This document shows, piece by piece, positions 11,717 to 27,909 of a DNA stretch of 64,000 bases. Both the position numbers and the translations under genes were made by a program. Location of the stretch: the NCBI RefSeq assembly GCF_009914755.1, contig NC_060934.1; one strand, 5' to 3'. The stretch's first letter is position 1; every line of letters starts with the position of its first letter. The notes beneath the pieces are model-generated. The model was not told where the DNA came from and made no database searches. It worked only from the letters and a program-made list of their open reading frames with translations. This stretch comes from the human T2T-CHM13v2.0 reference genome, Homo sapiens.

Positions 11717-14003
11717 TGCTATGGTTTGAATGTCCCCTCCAAAATTCATGCTGAAATTTAGTTACCATTGTAATAGTGTTGAGAGGTGGGATCTTTAAGA
11801 GATGACTGGACCACGAGGGCTCTGCCCCCATGAGTGGGATTACTACCATAGAAAAAGAGCAAGTTTGGTCCCTTTTTTCTCTTGCCCTTCTGCTTTCTGC
11901 CATAGGATGACACAGCAAGAAGGTCCTTGACATATGCTGATTTTTTGATCTTGAACTTCACAGTCTCCAGAACTATAAGCCAATACATTTCTGTGCATTA
12001 TAAATTACCTAGTCTGTGATATTTTGCTGTAACCGCAAAAAACAAACAAAAACAAAAAATTGGGACCAGAGAAGTGGGGCATCGCTATAAAAATATCTAA
12101 AACTGTGGAGGCAGCTTTGGAAGTGGGTAATAGGTACAGGTTGCAACAGTACTGAACTGAAGGCTGGAAAAAGCATCAGTTGCCCTGAATGGAACATTAA
12201 GATGATTCTGGTGCAGGTTCAGAAGAGAATATCTGCAGGGAAAGTCTGAAACTTCCTAGAGATTACTTAAGTGGACATGAATAAAATTTGGTGGAAATAG
12301 GGATAGAAAAGGCAATTCTAATGAGGTCTCAGATAGAAGGAAGAGACAGGTATTGGGAACTGTAATAAAGGTCAACCTTGTTATAAAGTGACAAATAAAT
12401 TGGCTGAATTGTGTCCTAGGACTTTATGTAAGGCAGAACGTAAGAACAATGAGCTAAGATATCAAGTGGAAGAAATATCAAAGCAGCAAAGCATCCAGGA
12501 TGCTGTGTGGCTTCTTTTAACCACATATCTTAAAATGTGAGCAGAGAGAAATAATTTAAAGATGAAATTTATAATTAAAAGGGATGCATAACATAAAGAT
12601 TTGGCCATGTAAGGAATAAAAAATATTTTTTTAAATTCTCAGCCTGGCTATGTAAAGAATAAAAAAGTCTGTTTAGGAGAGAATATCCAGGGTACAACCA
12701 AGTAGACCTTTGATAAGATCAGTATGGATAGAAGGAAGCCAACTGCTATGCATTAAGACAATGAAAGAATGTCCCCAACAGCATTTCAGAGATCTTTGAG
12801 GCCGCCTCTCTCATTACAGACCCAGAGAAGAGCCTGAGGGCAAGCTTTCCGGAGAGGAGCCTCATACCACTTCAAGTGTCTGTTTCTTGCATTCTGGTGC
12901 AGTGCTCCTTGGCTGCTCCAGTCATTGCTCAAGTGGGCCCAGGTGCTGCTCAGGTCACCACTTCAGAAGGCACAAGTAGTGAATCTTGGTGGCATCCATG
13001 TGGTGCTAACTCTGCAGAAGTACAGAGTGCACAAGCTGCGGGGCCATGACGGTCTTCAGCTAGATTTCAAAGGATGTATTTGCCTAGAGGCCCAGGCAGA
13101 AACCTGCCACAGGGTCAGAGCTGCCACAGAGAGTCCCCACTAGAGCTGTGTCCGGTGGAGCCACAGGAGCGGAGCCACCCCCAAGATCTCAGAACTGTAA
13201 CACTGCCAGTGTGCAATGCCAGCCTGGGAAAGCTTCAGGCATGTGACTCTAATCTGCAAAATCAGATGTGTGGGCTGAGCCCCACAAAGCCATAGGGGTG
13301 GGGCTGCCTGAGGCCTTGGGAGACCCAGCCCTACTCCAGTATGCCCAAAGGTGAGACATTGAGTCCAGGAAGATTTTTCTGGAGCCTTAAGATTTAATGT
13401 TGTTCGCCTTGTCAGGTTTTGCACTTATTTGGGCCAAGTTACTTCGTTTTTTAATTTTCTTTACTCCTTTTTTGGTAATGGGAATGTCTATCCTATGCCT
13501 GTCCCACAGTTGTATTTTGGAAGTACATTGCTTGTTTGATTTCACAGGCTTGAGGCTGGAGAGCACTGTGCCTCAGAATGGATTGTGCCATGATGTTTAG
13601 GTGAGACTTTTGACTTTTCAATTGATGCTGGAACTAGTTAAGGCTTTGGGGGCCATTGGGATGAAATTCATCTATTTTGTATGTGAGAAGGACATGAGAT
13701 TTAGAGAGCTAGAGGCCCTTTGGAATGATTTGAATATTTTTATCTCCTTCAAAATTGATGTTTAAATTTAGTTGCCATTGCAACAGCATTGAGAGGTGGG
13801 ACTTTAAAAGGTGATTGCTGGGAAGACGAGTTAGGCCCTTCTTTCTGCTATGGGATGACTTAGCACAAAACTCCCTCACCAGATGCTGGTCCCCCGTTCC
13901 TGGACTTTTCAGCCTCCAGAACTGTGAGCCAACACATTTCTGTTCATTATAAATTACGCAGTCTGTAGTATTTTGTTATAGCAGCCCAAAATGAACTAAG
14001 ACA
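11717..14003 (+). mobile_element. Full-length ERVL-MaLR (MST/MLT1A-type): LTR 11717-~12054, internal region, LTR ~13721-14003
   Basis: tgctatggtttgaatg start and ...gaactaagaca end; two homologous LTRs; MaLR-int start (aaaattgggaccagagaagtgggg); perfect 5-bp TSD TTAGT at 11712-11716 and 14004-14008. Confidence 0.9.
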
Positions 14004-14193
14004 TTAGTGGAACCAGAAATGCAAACACAGGTTTGCAGGCTCCAAGTCCCGTACCAAGGAGACTGTCAACTTCAACATGCAAATTACTTCTCCCACCCCT
14101 ACTCTCTTCCACCTGGGGCATTCATAGATCCCAAACCCAAAGTTTTTCCTAGGATCAATTGCTTTTGTAAATGGTTTGTCATGGGTTTTAACT

Positions 14194-14935
14194 TGTAAGA
14201 AATAAAAATAAAACATTAGGTCACTAAACTGATTGAATGGACTTCCTCTTGGTCAAGGGGACCCCAAAGAAACCTTAAAAATGGAGTTCCTGGCCATGAT
14301 GGGATGGGAGGTCAGACACATCTTAAAATGCCCATTTCTTATTAACCTTTAACCGGAATTCTTTCCTAAGGAGTAAGCAGAAACCAGCTCTGGAAAACAA
14401 GAAACAGATGACTTATTCTTTTGTTGTCTTTAGCCAATCAACTGATGCCATCACCAGATGCCCCCACCCTCTTCACAGTTTTGACATGACAGCTTGCCAG
14501 TTTCACAATGCATCCCTTCCTCATAAGAGTCTGTCCAGTCTATAGAGGATACACAGCACGAGTTTTTGTATCCTCTGCTTCACCTTTTGAGGTCAGAGGG
14601 CTGAAAAGCTCACCTTTGGATTATGCCAGCACTGCCATTTTTTTTCGTACATGGGACCCACAAAGAGGCATGAAACTCAATTGCACATGTACACGTTTCT
14701 CCTTTCATAAATATTTATGCTCCTCCTACAGCATATTGAATATGTATATAGCTAGCTAACAAATTCAACTTAAATTCCTGTCTTATTCTTTCCTCCCTTG
14801 AAGTGCTTGCTCTCAACTTTTGCTGGAGGTCACGCTTCTCAGTCTTCAGGATGGCTAGCTTACAGGCTGCAACCCTCTATGAGAACTAAAGGTCTCCTTT
14901 TCAAACTGATGAACCTTATCATTCTTCAGTTGACC
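14194..14935 (+). mobile_element. Solo ERV1 LTR, MER72-like (MER4 group)
   Basis: tgtaagaaataaaaataaaa...ggtcaaggggaccccaaagaaacc...tcattcttcagttgac matches recalled MER72 consensus. Confidence 0.7.
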
Positions 14936-16123
14936 CTTGCATCATAGGGATAACAATATACAGTAGCTATTGTCATCCCCAATAATAGACAAAGTTCTGA
15001 AACATTAGGTAATTAACATGAATATATAATCCTACTCACCATCTTTTCCCCTCTAAGATTTGACATTTTTACAAAAGTAATAAATAGAGGAGATAAGAAC
15101 CAAACCTAAATGTTCTCCCTGCTAGTAAAGAGCTCTTTCTACTGCATCTTACTGCTATATCCAGAACTTTGCAAATCCCACTGAAATCTGTCTTTGTTGT
15201 TCTTTCTTATTGCTGACATTTAACAAATACCACTGGTGGCTTTGCTCTGTTTGTCTCCTAATGCTGAAATATGTTGTAGAGTTCTCAGACACTGATGGTG
15301 AGTGTCTGCTTTGTTTCTATTTGGTCGGCCATGCTGACAGCACATGTACCAGCATGTGGAGAGACAGAATAAGATCCAGCCCTTCGATATGCATCTTGCC
15401 TCACTTTTGCACCATCCATGCACCACCACATTCAAGAATCAGACCAAAGGGACCTTTTTGTAAGAAACAAAGTAGCCGTTTTTAGATCTGTTATTTTTCA
15501 AAACCACTCAGTACAATGATTTTAACTAGTAAAATTCTACCCAATCAAGAACATTTTCTCTTCTGTGTGGCAAATACAGCAGATGGGTCGATTAAAAAAA
15601 AAAAAAAAAAAAAAAAACAGAGTGCTCTCAGAAGCACAAAGAAAAATGTACTTTTTAAAAGACAATCTATAATGTGTACATATCTAGGTACACAATCCAG
15701 TTTTTAAATTTCTCATCTATTGATATGAAACAGATCCATATTGTCCATGTTATCTTGATGTAAATATCAGTATTATTCCTATTTTTGATTCCCTTCAACC
15801 ACCATTATACATGTGCTTGCATGTAGATACCACACACACAAATTATACATACACAACATATTTCTACTGTTAAATTTAGCAAGTTCCACACCAGCCTGGG
15901 AAAAGAACCATTGTCCATCAATGGTCACGAGCATGGGTAGTATCAGACAAGATATCAGGACCTCAAATCATCTTGATTTGAACTTCAGTAAGAAATGTCA
16001 CTGAATGTGCCTCCTATTAGACATACAGCTGACAGTTAGAAACACCTGGTAGTAAATAAATTAACATATATACTACACATTAGTTACATAATATCAGTAT
16101 CCTATTTGTCTTCCCAAATGACT

Positions 16124-16636
16124 TGTGATGGTTCATTTTATATGTCAACTTGACTGTGCTAAAGGGTGCCCAGATAGCTGGTAAAACATTATCTCTGGGG
16201 GTGTATGGGAGAGTATTTTCAGAAGAGACGACCATTAGAATCAGGAGACCGAGTAAAGAAAATTGCCCTCACCAATGAGGGTGAGCATCATCCAGTCCAC
16301 GGTAGGCCTGAATAGAACAAAAAGGTGGAGGAAGGGAGAAGGTGTTCGCAGCATTAGCTGGGACATCCATCTTCTCCTGCCTTCCAATGCCGGTACTCCT
16401 GGTTCTCAGGCTTTTGCACTTGGATTGTGATTTTTACCATTGGCTCCCCTGTTCTCAGGTGTTCAGACTAAGACTGAAACGACACCACTATTTTTTCTGA
16501 GCCTACAGTTTGCGTACAGCAGATCGTGGGAGTTCTCAGCCTCTATAACCATGTGAGCCGACCCCTCACAATAATTCTCTTTCAATCTATATATATTGTA
16601 TTGGCTTTATTTTGCTGCAGAATCCTGACTAATACA
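16124..16636 (+). mobile_element. Solo MLT2 (ERVL) LTR
   Basis: tgtgatggttcattttatatgtcaacttgact...cctgactaataca are MLT2 termini. Confidence 0.85.
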
Positions 16637-16716
16637 TTTGCTTTAGTTTGGGGGCATTGCCACTTTCACCTCTATTTTAGACTTTCTTTTCCCTAAAACA
16701 GGAATCCCGATAAGAC

Positions 16717-16960
16717 ATTCATCATTTATTTCTTTGCTCATTTATTTATGTGACAGATGTTTATGGATCAACCACCATAGCCAGAACCTGCTGATGTTCC
16801 AGCACTGGTAAACAGGTTATATTTCATGCCCTTGCAGAAATAGAGGAGATAAACATTGGAAAAATAAACACATCGGTAAATATTTAAAAGTAAGCATTGT
16901 GATACGTGCTATGCAGAAAAGGCATGTGGTCAAAATGAACATAGGGATATGAATGACTGG
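16717..16960 (-). mobile_element. LINE-2 3' fragment
   Basis: cattcatcatttatt...gatgtttatgg...tgtgatacgtgctatgcagaaaa resembles reverse L2. Confidence 0.5.
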
Positions 16961-17379
16961 GCCGGCTGCAGGGGAGCAGGGAAATGGGTATAAGAGCAGT
17001 GTGCAACATCCCCCTAATCTAGTATGAGACGCAAGTTTTTTAACCATGTATTTCTGTTGAAAGAAGAAACAATGACAGGAAGTTGCATATTTTTCTGACA
17101 AATGCTGAGGAAGAGCCCAAACCCACAGGCCGCTTTGAATGAAGAGAACAGAAGGTCTTTCTTATATTAGTCAGCATGCCACACTGTGCAGTAGTGATCT
17201 GCCTGGGGATTGACCCCTGACACAAAGGGAGCCTTGCATACAGGTGGAGCATGAATGGAGCCAATGGCCTATGACAGGAGGTGGCCGAATTATCCAGGCA
17301 GTTAGAGAGGAAGCTAATGCATTAATAATTATTCATACATAATACATTAATGCATTAATAATGTAGACTTTACATCCAT

Positions 17380-17578
17380 ATTTGAATACTACTCTTTTGC
17401 TTTTAGTTGTATGACCTCAGGTGAATTATTTAAATTTTATAATTGGCTTATCTATAAAATGAAGACTGTAATAGTTCTTACCTGGTGGTAACTATTTTGG
17501 TGAGAATTAAATGTGTTCATATGAATTAACATGTACAAAAACAATGCACCCAGCACATAGTAGATGCTCAGTAAACAA
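17380..17578 (+). mobile_element. MIR
   Basis: tgtatgacctcaggtgaattatttaa...atctataaaatgaag...gtgagaattaaatg...cccagcacatagtagatgctcagtaaa. Confidence 0.8.
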
Positions 17579-17623
17579 TTTTAAAAGCATATGTCTTATA
17601 TATAATATAAAATATTATTTTTA

Positions 17624-20284
<2,661 letters not shown>

Positions 20285-20347
20285 TATGATGTTAGCTGGT
20301 TATTTTGCTCATTAGTTGATGCAGTTTCTTTGTAGCCTCGATGGTCT

Positions 20348-21363
20348 TTACATTTTGGCATGTTTTTGCAGTGGCTGGTACCGGTTGTTCCTTTCCATGT
20401 TTAGTACTTCCTTCAGGAGCTCTTTTAAGGCAGGCCTGGTGGTGACAAAATCTCTCAGCATTTGCTTGTCTGTAAAGTATTTTATTTCTCCTTCACTTAT
20501 GAAGCTTAGTTTGGCTGGATATGAGATTCTGGGTTGAAAATTCTTTTCTTTAAGAATGTTGAATATTGGTCCCCACTCTCTTCTGTCTTGTAGAGTTTCT
20601 GCCGAGAGATCCGCTGTTAGTCTGATGGGCTTCCTTTTGTGGGTAACCCGACCTTTCTCTCTGGCTGCCCTTAACATTTTTTCCTTCATTTCAACTTTGG
20701 TGAATCTGACAATTATGTGTCTTGGAGTTGCTCTTCTCGAGGAGTATCTTTGTGGCATTCTCTGTATTTCCTGAATTTGAATGTTGGCCTGCCTTGCTAG
20801 ATTGGGCAATTTCTCCTGGATAATATCCTGCAGAGTGTTTTCCAACTTGGTTCCATTCTCCCCATCACTTTCAGGTACACAAATCAGACGTAGATTTGGT
20901 CTCTCCCCATAGTCCCATATTTCTTGGAGGCTTTGTTCATTTCTTTTTATTCTTTTTTCTCTAAACTTCTCTTCTTGCTTCATTTCATTCTTTTCGTCTT
21001 CCATCACTGATACCCTTTCTTCCAGTTGATCACATCAGCTACTGAGATTTCTGCATTCGTCACGTAGCTCTTGTGCCTTGGTTTTCAGCTCCATCAGGTC
21101 CTTTAAGTACTTCTCTGCATTGGTTATTCTAGTTATCCATTCGTCTAATTTTTTTCAAAGCTTTTAACTTCTTTGCCATTTGTTTGAATTTCCTTCTGTA
21201 GCTCGGAGTAGTTTGATCTTCTGAAGCCTTCTTCTCTCAACTCGTCAAAGTCATTCTCCATCCAGTTTTGTTCCATTGCTGGTGAGGAGCTGCGTTCCTT
21301 AGAAGGAGGAGAGGTGCTCTGATTTTTAGAGTTTCCCATTTTTCTGCTCTGTTTTTTCCCCAT
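20348..21363 (-). pseudogene. L1 ORF1p, disrupted
   Basis: MGKKQSRK... (21145-21363) and ...REKRIKRNEQSLQE...YPAKLSF...LQKHAKM (20348-21007) appear as separate ORFs. Confidence 0.9.
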
Positions 21364-22393
21364 CTTTGTGGTTTTATCTACCTTTGGTCTTTGATGATGG
21401 TGACGTACAGATGGGTTTTTGGTGTGGATGTCCTTTCTGTTTGTTAGTTTTCCTTCTAACAGACAGGACCCTCAGCGCAGGTCTGTTGGAGTTTGCTAGA
21501 GGTCCACTCCAGACCCTGTTTGCCTGGGTATCAGCAGCGGTGGCTGCAGAACAGCGGATATTGGTGAACCGCAAATGCTGCTGTCTGATCGTTCCTCTGG
21601 AAGTTTTGTCTCAAAGGAGTACCTGGTCATGTGAGGTGTCAGTCCGCCCCTACTAGGGGGTGCCTCCCAGTTAGGCTACTCGGGGGTCAGGGAGCCACTT
21701 GAGGAGGCAGTCTGTCCGTTCTCAGATCTCAAGCTGCGTGCTGGGAGATCCAGTACTCTGTTGAAAGCTGTCAGAGAGGGACATTTAAGTCTGCAGAGGT
21801 TACTACTGTCTTTTTGTTTGTCTGTGCCCTGCCCACAGAGGTGGAGCCTACAGAGGCAGGCAGGCCTCCTTGAGCTGTGGTGGGCTCCATCCAGTTCGAG
21901 CTTCCCGGCTTCTTTGTTTACCTAATCAAACAACAAACTCAGCGATGGCAGGCGCCCCTCCCCCAGCCTCACTGCCCCTTGCAATTTGATCTCGGACTGC
22001 TGTGCTAGCAATGAGCGAGACTCCGTTGGCGTAGGACCCTCTGAGCCACGTGCGGGATATAATCTCCTGGTGTGCGGTTTGTTAAGGCTGTTGGAAAAGC
22101 ACAGTATTAGGGTGGGAGTGACCTGATTTTCCAGGTGCCATCTGTCACCCCTTTCTTTGACTAGGAAAGGGAATTCCCTGACCCATTGCTCTTCCCAGGT
22201 GAGGCGATGCCTCTCGCTGCTTTGGCTCGTGCACGGTGCGCTGCAGCCACTGTCCTGCACCTACTGTCTGGCACTCCCTAGTGAAATGAACCTGGCACCT
22301 CAGTTGGAAATGCAGAAATCACCCGTCTTCTGCGTCGCTCACACTGGGAGCTGTAGACCGGAGCTGTTCCTATTTGGCCATCTTGACTCCTCC
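21364..22393 (-). promoter_or_regulatory. L1 5'UTR internal promoter (sense -, antisense promoter +)
   Basis: YY1 site CAAGATGGCC intact at 22376-22385 (-); ORF0 start ATG at 21945 (+) is frameshifted to MAGAPPPASLPLAI*. Confidence 0.75.
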
Positions 22394-23019
22394 TATAATT
22401 CTCAAATTGAATGAACTGAGATTGGTGATAGCATCGTTCTCCAAAGAAAAAGTCAGGGTAGAAGTGGATACTAGCAACAAACCATAATCTCTACCATGGT
22501 TGATATCAAGAATATTGGGCAAATTTGCTTTTCTTGATATAAACAGAGGGGATATAACATGTCATCATAATAGGTACATGGCAAAACTGGATTCCCTCTT
22601 CATAACCTCTCAGACTGTGTAATTCACATTGGAAGCTGAACACGCTGACTCTGCAGGTCACCTCTACACATTCCTGCCACCACCACCAGGAAATCTACTC
22701 TTTATCAACAATGCTGCCTTAGTTGTAAGGGTTCGCTTTAGAAGTGTCTGCCAATGTGCTTTGGCTAAAGTATTATAAAGAAAGTGATATTACACCTGGA
22801 TTTTATGAAGGACAGATCTGGTGCAATATTGATTTCCATCAAATGTAGAGTTATTGTGAATATATTTAATCGGAGCACTTATATCATCATTTCAATGAAT
22901 CTTTCTTAAAGTTGAATAGTTATGTTATAAAATTGCTAGCTGCAATGGGCATGACTTTTACTGTTCAAAGGGAGAAGACATCTGAGTGTTCCAGGCTCTG
23001 AGAAGAAATATAATATAAA

Positions 23020-23323
23020 GGCCAGGGGTGGTGTCTTATGCCTATAATCCCATGACTTTGGGAGGCCCAGGCTGGTGGATTGCTTGAGTTCAGGAATCCA
23101 AGGCCAGCCTGGGCAACATGATGAAATCCCATCTCTACAAAAAAAAAAAAAAAAAAAAATAGCCGGGCATGGTGGCACACACCTGTAGTCCCAGCTACTC
23201 GGGAGGCTGAGAAGTGGGAGGATCACTTGATTCTGGGAAGCTGGGGCTGCAGTGAGCCAAGATCACACCACTGCACTCCAGCTTGGGTGACAGAGTGAGA
23301 ACTTGTCTCAAAAAAAAAAAAAA
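23020..23323 (+). mobile_element. Alu (AluJ-type) followed by a (TAAA)n tail
   Basis: Dimeric Alu with gggaggatcacttga...ggctgcagtgagcc; A tail. Confidence 0.9.
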
Positions 23324-24934
23324 GTAAATAAGTAAATAAATACATAAATAAAATAAGCAGAAATACAAATACAATATAAGATACCCTGGAAAATATTTCC
23401 TGTTACTGTTTAGGAGGGAATGCCTGGAAAGTTGAAATATTCAGAGACAGAAAATTAGAGTACATAATGCCAGGTGGAAACACTTTTTAAGAAGTAAAGA
23501 AGTTAAATAAAAGCATGTTAGAAAATACTCTTTCACAGAACTCCAATGTACTCTCTTATTCTCCATTAGTTCCAACATTGCTTGAGAGCAAGGATCCAAA
23601 TTCTATAGAGAAGCCATGACTTCAAGCTTTTGCACCATTTCTATGTTTTTGAAGGATAGAAAGCAGTGACCATCATTTATTTACCTACAACCAAATATCA
23701 AAATACTGAACTTCAAAAATTGCATCTCTGGGCTCAAAAATGTAATCGGATGTCTACTAACATTTAGTAATCTACTCTATTAACAGTACAAGTTGTCCTC
23801 TTCATTTTATCTCTATCTCCAAAGCAGGCACTATCGTAATAGAATTCCTGTGCTTGTGTCCTTTGGAGTGCACAAGCCGAGGTGCAATATAGATTGTTAT
23901 CACCACAGCAAGAATACAAAGAATTCTGAGCCCTCCAAGGAATAATCGATCTTCAAATGCAATGATGGGAAAAAGATGAAAAATCCACACACCTCTAGAT
24001 CTTTTCTTACATTTTCCCTCTGGGTCTATTCTTCCTATATACCTTTTGCAAGCAAGGTGCCAACTCTTTAATTTCAGCAGCTGCTATTATCTCCAAGCTT
24101 CCTTTTTTTTTTTTTTTTCCATTTTAGAATCACATTTTATTTCCTTAGGCTAACTGAAATAACACACTTCACACTTTCCACTGTTGCAGCTGGGTCTGTC
24201 ACATGTGTCTACTCACAGGGTTTATTTTATCTGTATCTCATCAACTTGCTCTTCACTTTCTGTTTTCTGATGAGGCACCACACTGGGATCTGCATTCACC
24301 TTTTCAAGGTTTTCCTGCAAGGAATTAAGAGTTGATTATCCAGTCCTATAAAGTCATCTTGGCAGCTTCTGTGTAATAAAAATCCAGTGTTGCTAATTTG
24401 ATTGAAAGCTTTCTTAGGAAGAAATGAGCTTTTTCCTTTCTCTTTTTTGAATCAGGGAACTAGGACTATTTCTTTTCCCTTTAATCATAGATATTCCGTG
24501 GATGTTTTCTATTTTGTAATATGAAAAACCAAATTTCAAAACCTTAAACTTGAATGGACTATCAAATTCCAAGACTTGCTTTAGGAGTTTCATTAAAAAA
24601 AAAAAAGGAAGTACAGAAGACTGGAAATGGGGCATAAGGGGCATAAGAAAGGGGAATAAGAATGTCTGAATGGAGTAAACAGTTCACTCCATTAAAGAAA
24701 TCAAAAGAGAACACACTGAAGTCTTGGGAGGATCATCTGCAGAATGGCTGAGGTAATGCTATAAAGCAAAGTTTAAATGTGCTGTACATGGTTATGAAAA
24801 TAAAAAGATAAATACAAATCTGTGTCGTGGAATGCTGGAATGTGTAATGCTGCCAATGACCACCTCTCAACCAAAGGATAGCAGAGGTAAATTGCAAATG
24901 CAAAAGCAGAAATGAGATTGAAAATGGCATTCCC

Positions 24935-25221
24935 AGCCAGGTGCAGTGGCTTATGCCTATAATCCTAGCACTTAGGGGAAACCAAGGTGGGAGAATTGCT
25001 TGAGCCTGGGAGTTCAAGACCAGCCTGGCCAACGTAGGTCAGCTTGATGTGGTGGCATGTGCCTGTGGTCCCAGCTACTTGGGAGGCTGAGGTGGGAGGA
25101 TCAATTGATCCCAGGAGGTTAAGGCTGCAGTGAGCTGTGGATGTACCACTGCATTACAGCCTGGAAGACAGAGCAAGACCCTGTCTCAAAAAAAAAGAAA
25201 AGAAAAAGAAAATAAATGAAA
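24935..25221 (+). mobile_element. AluJ with the middle A-rich linker deleted
   Basis: TSD tgaaaatggcattccc / tgaaaatgtcactccc; left arm joins right arm at ~25038. Confidence 0.9.
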
Positions 25222-25981
25222 TGAAAATGTCACTCCCTGTATTCTTTGGGAAAAAATTTCAAAGAAATCTTAGGTAGACTTCCCTACCCATTTCAAAAGG
25301 CTGCTTCCTCCTCACATCATCATCCCCTCAAAATTTCTAAATTTACATGTCCTTTCTCTGCCATGTCCTTCCCTATTCCTTCCTCACCCTCTTAGTCTGG
25401 TTTCTGCCTCAAAAATACCCAATAGGTTCATCATTCTTAACCCTGCTGACCTTTTCTTTCCCCTTACCTCATACTTTTGTCCCTAACCCTGTCTTTCTTG
25501 AAATCCCTCCTTCCAAATCTCAGTAGCATAGAGAGATGGGGCGCTGTCTCCTCTAGTCTCTCTTTTCTTCACTGCTTCTGCTTCACAGGCTCCATGCCCA
25601 GATCCCTTGCTCTCACGCAGCTCACAACAGAGTATTTCTCTCTGAAATCTTAGCCAGTCTATTGGCCTCAATCCCACAAAGCAAAAGCATGCCCATATTT
25701 GTATCCAAGCTCACTGGTTTCCCCAAAGCTGCCGTCCACTCTTCCACCTGCATCCAAAAGATACCTTTAACTTCTTTTTCCTCCTAAGCCATTTCCCTCT
25801 CTGCACAGTCTAACTTCTGGCACTGGCACCGGCACCCAAAACTACAAAATTATTCATATTAACCTTTTATATTCTTTTTCTTCTCCCTTTTGACTTATAG
25901 TCACCAAGATCTTATTTTCTGTGTTCAACAACTCTAGTAATCTCCCGGTTCTCTTCAATGCTTACAGTCTCTCTCTATTTA

Positions 25982-26409
25982 AGCCAGGTATATTCAACAT
26001 GGAGGTTCCCTCTTCCCTTTTCTTTGTCGCCACATGTGCAGTAAAAAAAGCAGGCAACGTGGTGCCGGCCAGGTAGAGACACATCTGCATAATAAAAGAT
26101 TAAGGTAGAATGTCCAGCTTCTTTGCATGCTATGCAAATGGCACACCTGGTCCTAACAATCTCACGTGCCATATGTAAATCAGACATTGCCTCCTCAAGC
26201 TTATCTATGAAACCCCATGGATTTCACCATGGAACCAGAAGATCCACTTGGGACCCCCTCTCTCTCTGCAAGAGAGAGACCTTTTCTCTTTTCTCTCACC
26301 TATTAAACCTCCACTCTTAAACTCTCTTCTTGTGTGTCCACATCCTCAGTTTCCTTGGTGTGAGATGAGGAACCTCAAGTATTTACCCCAGACAAATGAC
26401 ACCACTTCA
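25982..26409 (+). mobile_element. LTR9-family LTR, 5'-truncated
   Basis: Collinear with 910-1346; ends ...caccacttca; ATGCAAAT at 26132-26139. Confidence 0.8.
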
Positions 26410-26443
26410 TTACCAATCAGAACCTGGAGAAGAAGGAAGCCTG

Positions 26444-26734
<291 letters not shown>

Positions 26735-27859
26735 GGAAGCCTGAAGTTCAACTAGGTCAGCACCCCTGAACACGGAGTGCAGGTTGAGAAAAGGATGAGA
26801 AGAGGAGAGACGGGATATGACTTGTGGGTGAAGGAACGAGCATGGGTACTTCTGGGTAGGTAATTCTACAGCTTGTATTTCTAGCTTGTTTGGCATTATG
26901 CTTTATAATTTTCTTGTGTATTAAGGTATTTCTTTTGTTGGATCATTTTTTTCATGTTTTGCCAACCTTATCCTATTTAAGATTAATTGGTAAAACAAAT
27001 CATGGACACTGCCATGAGTTTCAATTTAACATAATGCTAAGATTTCAGAATCTGTTTTAATTTATGAAGTAACTTAAAACTAATATGTATGTCCTTTAGG
27101 TCATATCAATATGTCAGCAATAGGTTCTAACTTTTCATTTAATCACTTGGCTTAAAGAAATTCTATATGTGGGTATATTACAACAGAAATCTATGGTGAG
27201 CACTCTCTTTTCCCGGCATTCATCCCAAACCATCGACTTTTCTCTTCAGCCTGAAGTAAATGAAAGTGGGGAGGAAAATCACACAGAAGGAAGAGCTGTC
27301 TCATTTGATAAATGGAGTAAATGTGAACAGAATTCCGTCTATTTGACAAATGGGTCTAATTTAACTCATGTCCTGTTTCTGGTGGATTTCTCCACTTGGT
27401 GAACACATTAGTGTTTGTGGATTTTCTTGCCTCAATATATAGAAAGGAATCCACGAGGTGACTCCTAGCTTTTCAGTTCAAATATTCTTAAGGTCTCATT
27501 GAGTGATGAGATATCACACATTGCCTAACAAACTGACAGACACTAAAATTATCATTCTGACATTTCAGGAATTTGTAGGGATAAGAAGAGGAGTAGAGGG
27601 ACAGGTTTAGGCCACATACGAAAGGGATCAGAATGGCATCAACTTACTCTATAACTACCCTAAAAGAAGAAGAGAATAGAAAATTACCTATAAAATGTAT
27701 AGGAAATGGCTTATCATCTCGAATTCTATTTCCAGTCAAATAATAAAAAGTGTAAGTATAGGATAGACATTCTCAGACATGTAAGTTCTCAGGAGCACTG
27801 TATTCCCTATGGACCATTTTTTCAGGTTTTGGGAAGACATGTTCCACCAAAATGACAGT

Positions 27860-27909
27860 AAAAAAAAAGAGAGAGAGAGAAAGAGAGAGAGAGAATGAGA
27901 GAGAGAGAG
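27860..27909. repeat. A/(GA)n microsatellite
   Basis: aaaaaaaagagagagagagaaagagagagagagaatgagagagagagag. Confidence 0.9.

Noticed and set aside
15180-15490. Possible exon in non-repeat sequence (ATG|GTGAGT donor near 15298)
   Set aside because: No convincing acceptor, coding homology or partner exons; it cannot be supported without expression data.
17315-17362. TAATGCATTAATAAT repeated twice, with a 14-bp palindrome
   Set aside because: Low-complexity AT-rich sequence, easily produced by slippage or chance.
21945-22160. L1 ORF0
   Set aside because: A 1-nt deletion gives a stop after 14 codons.
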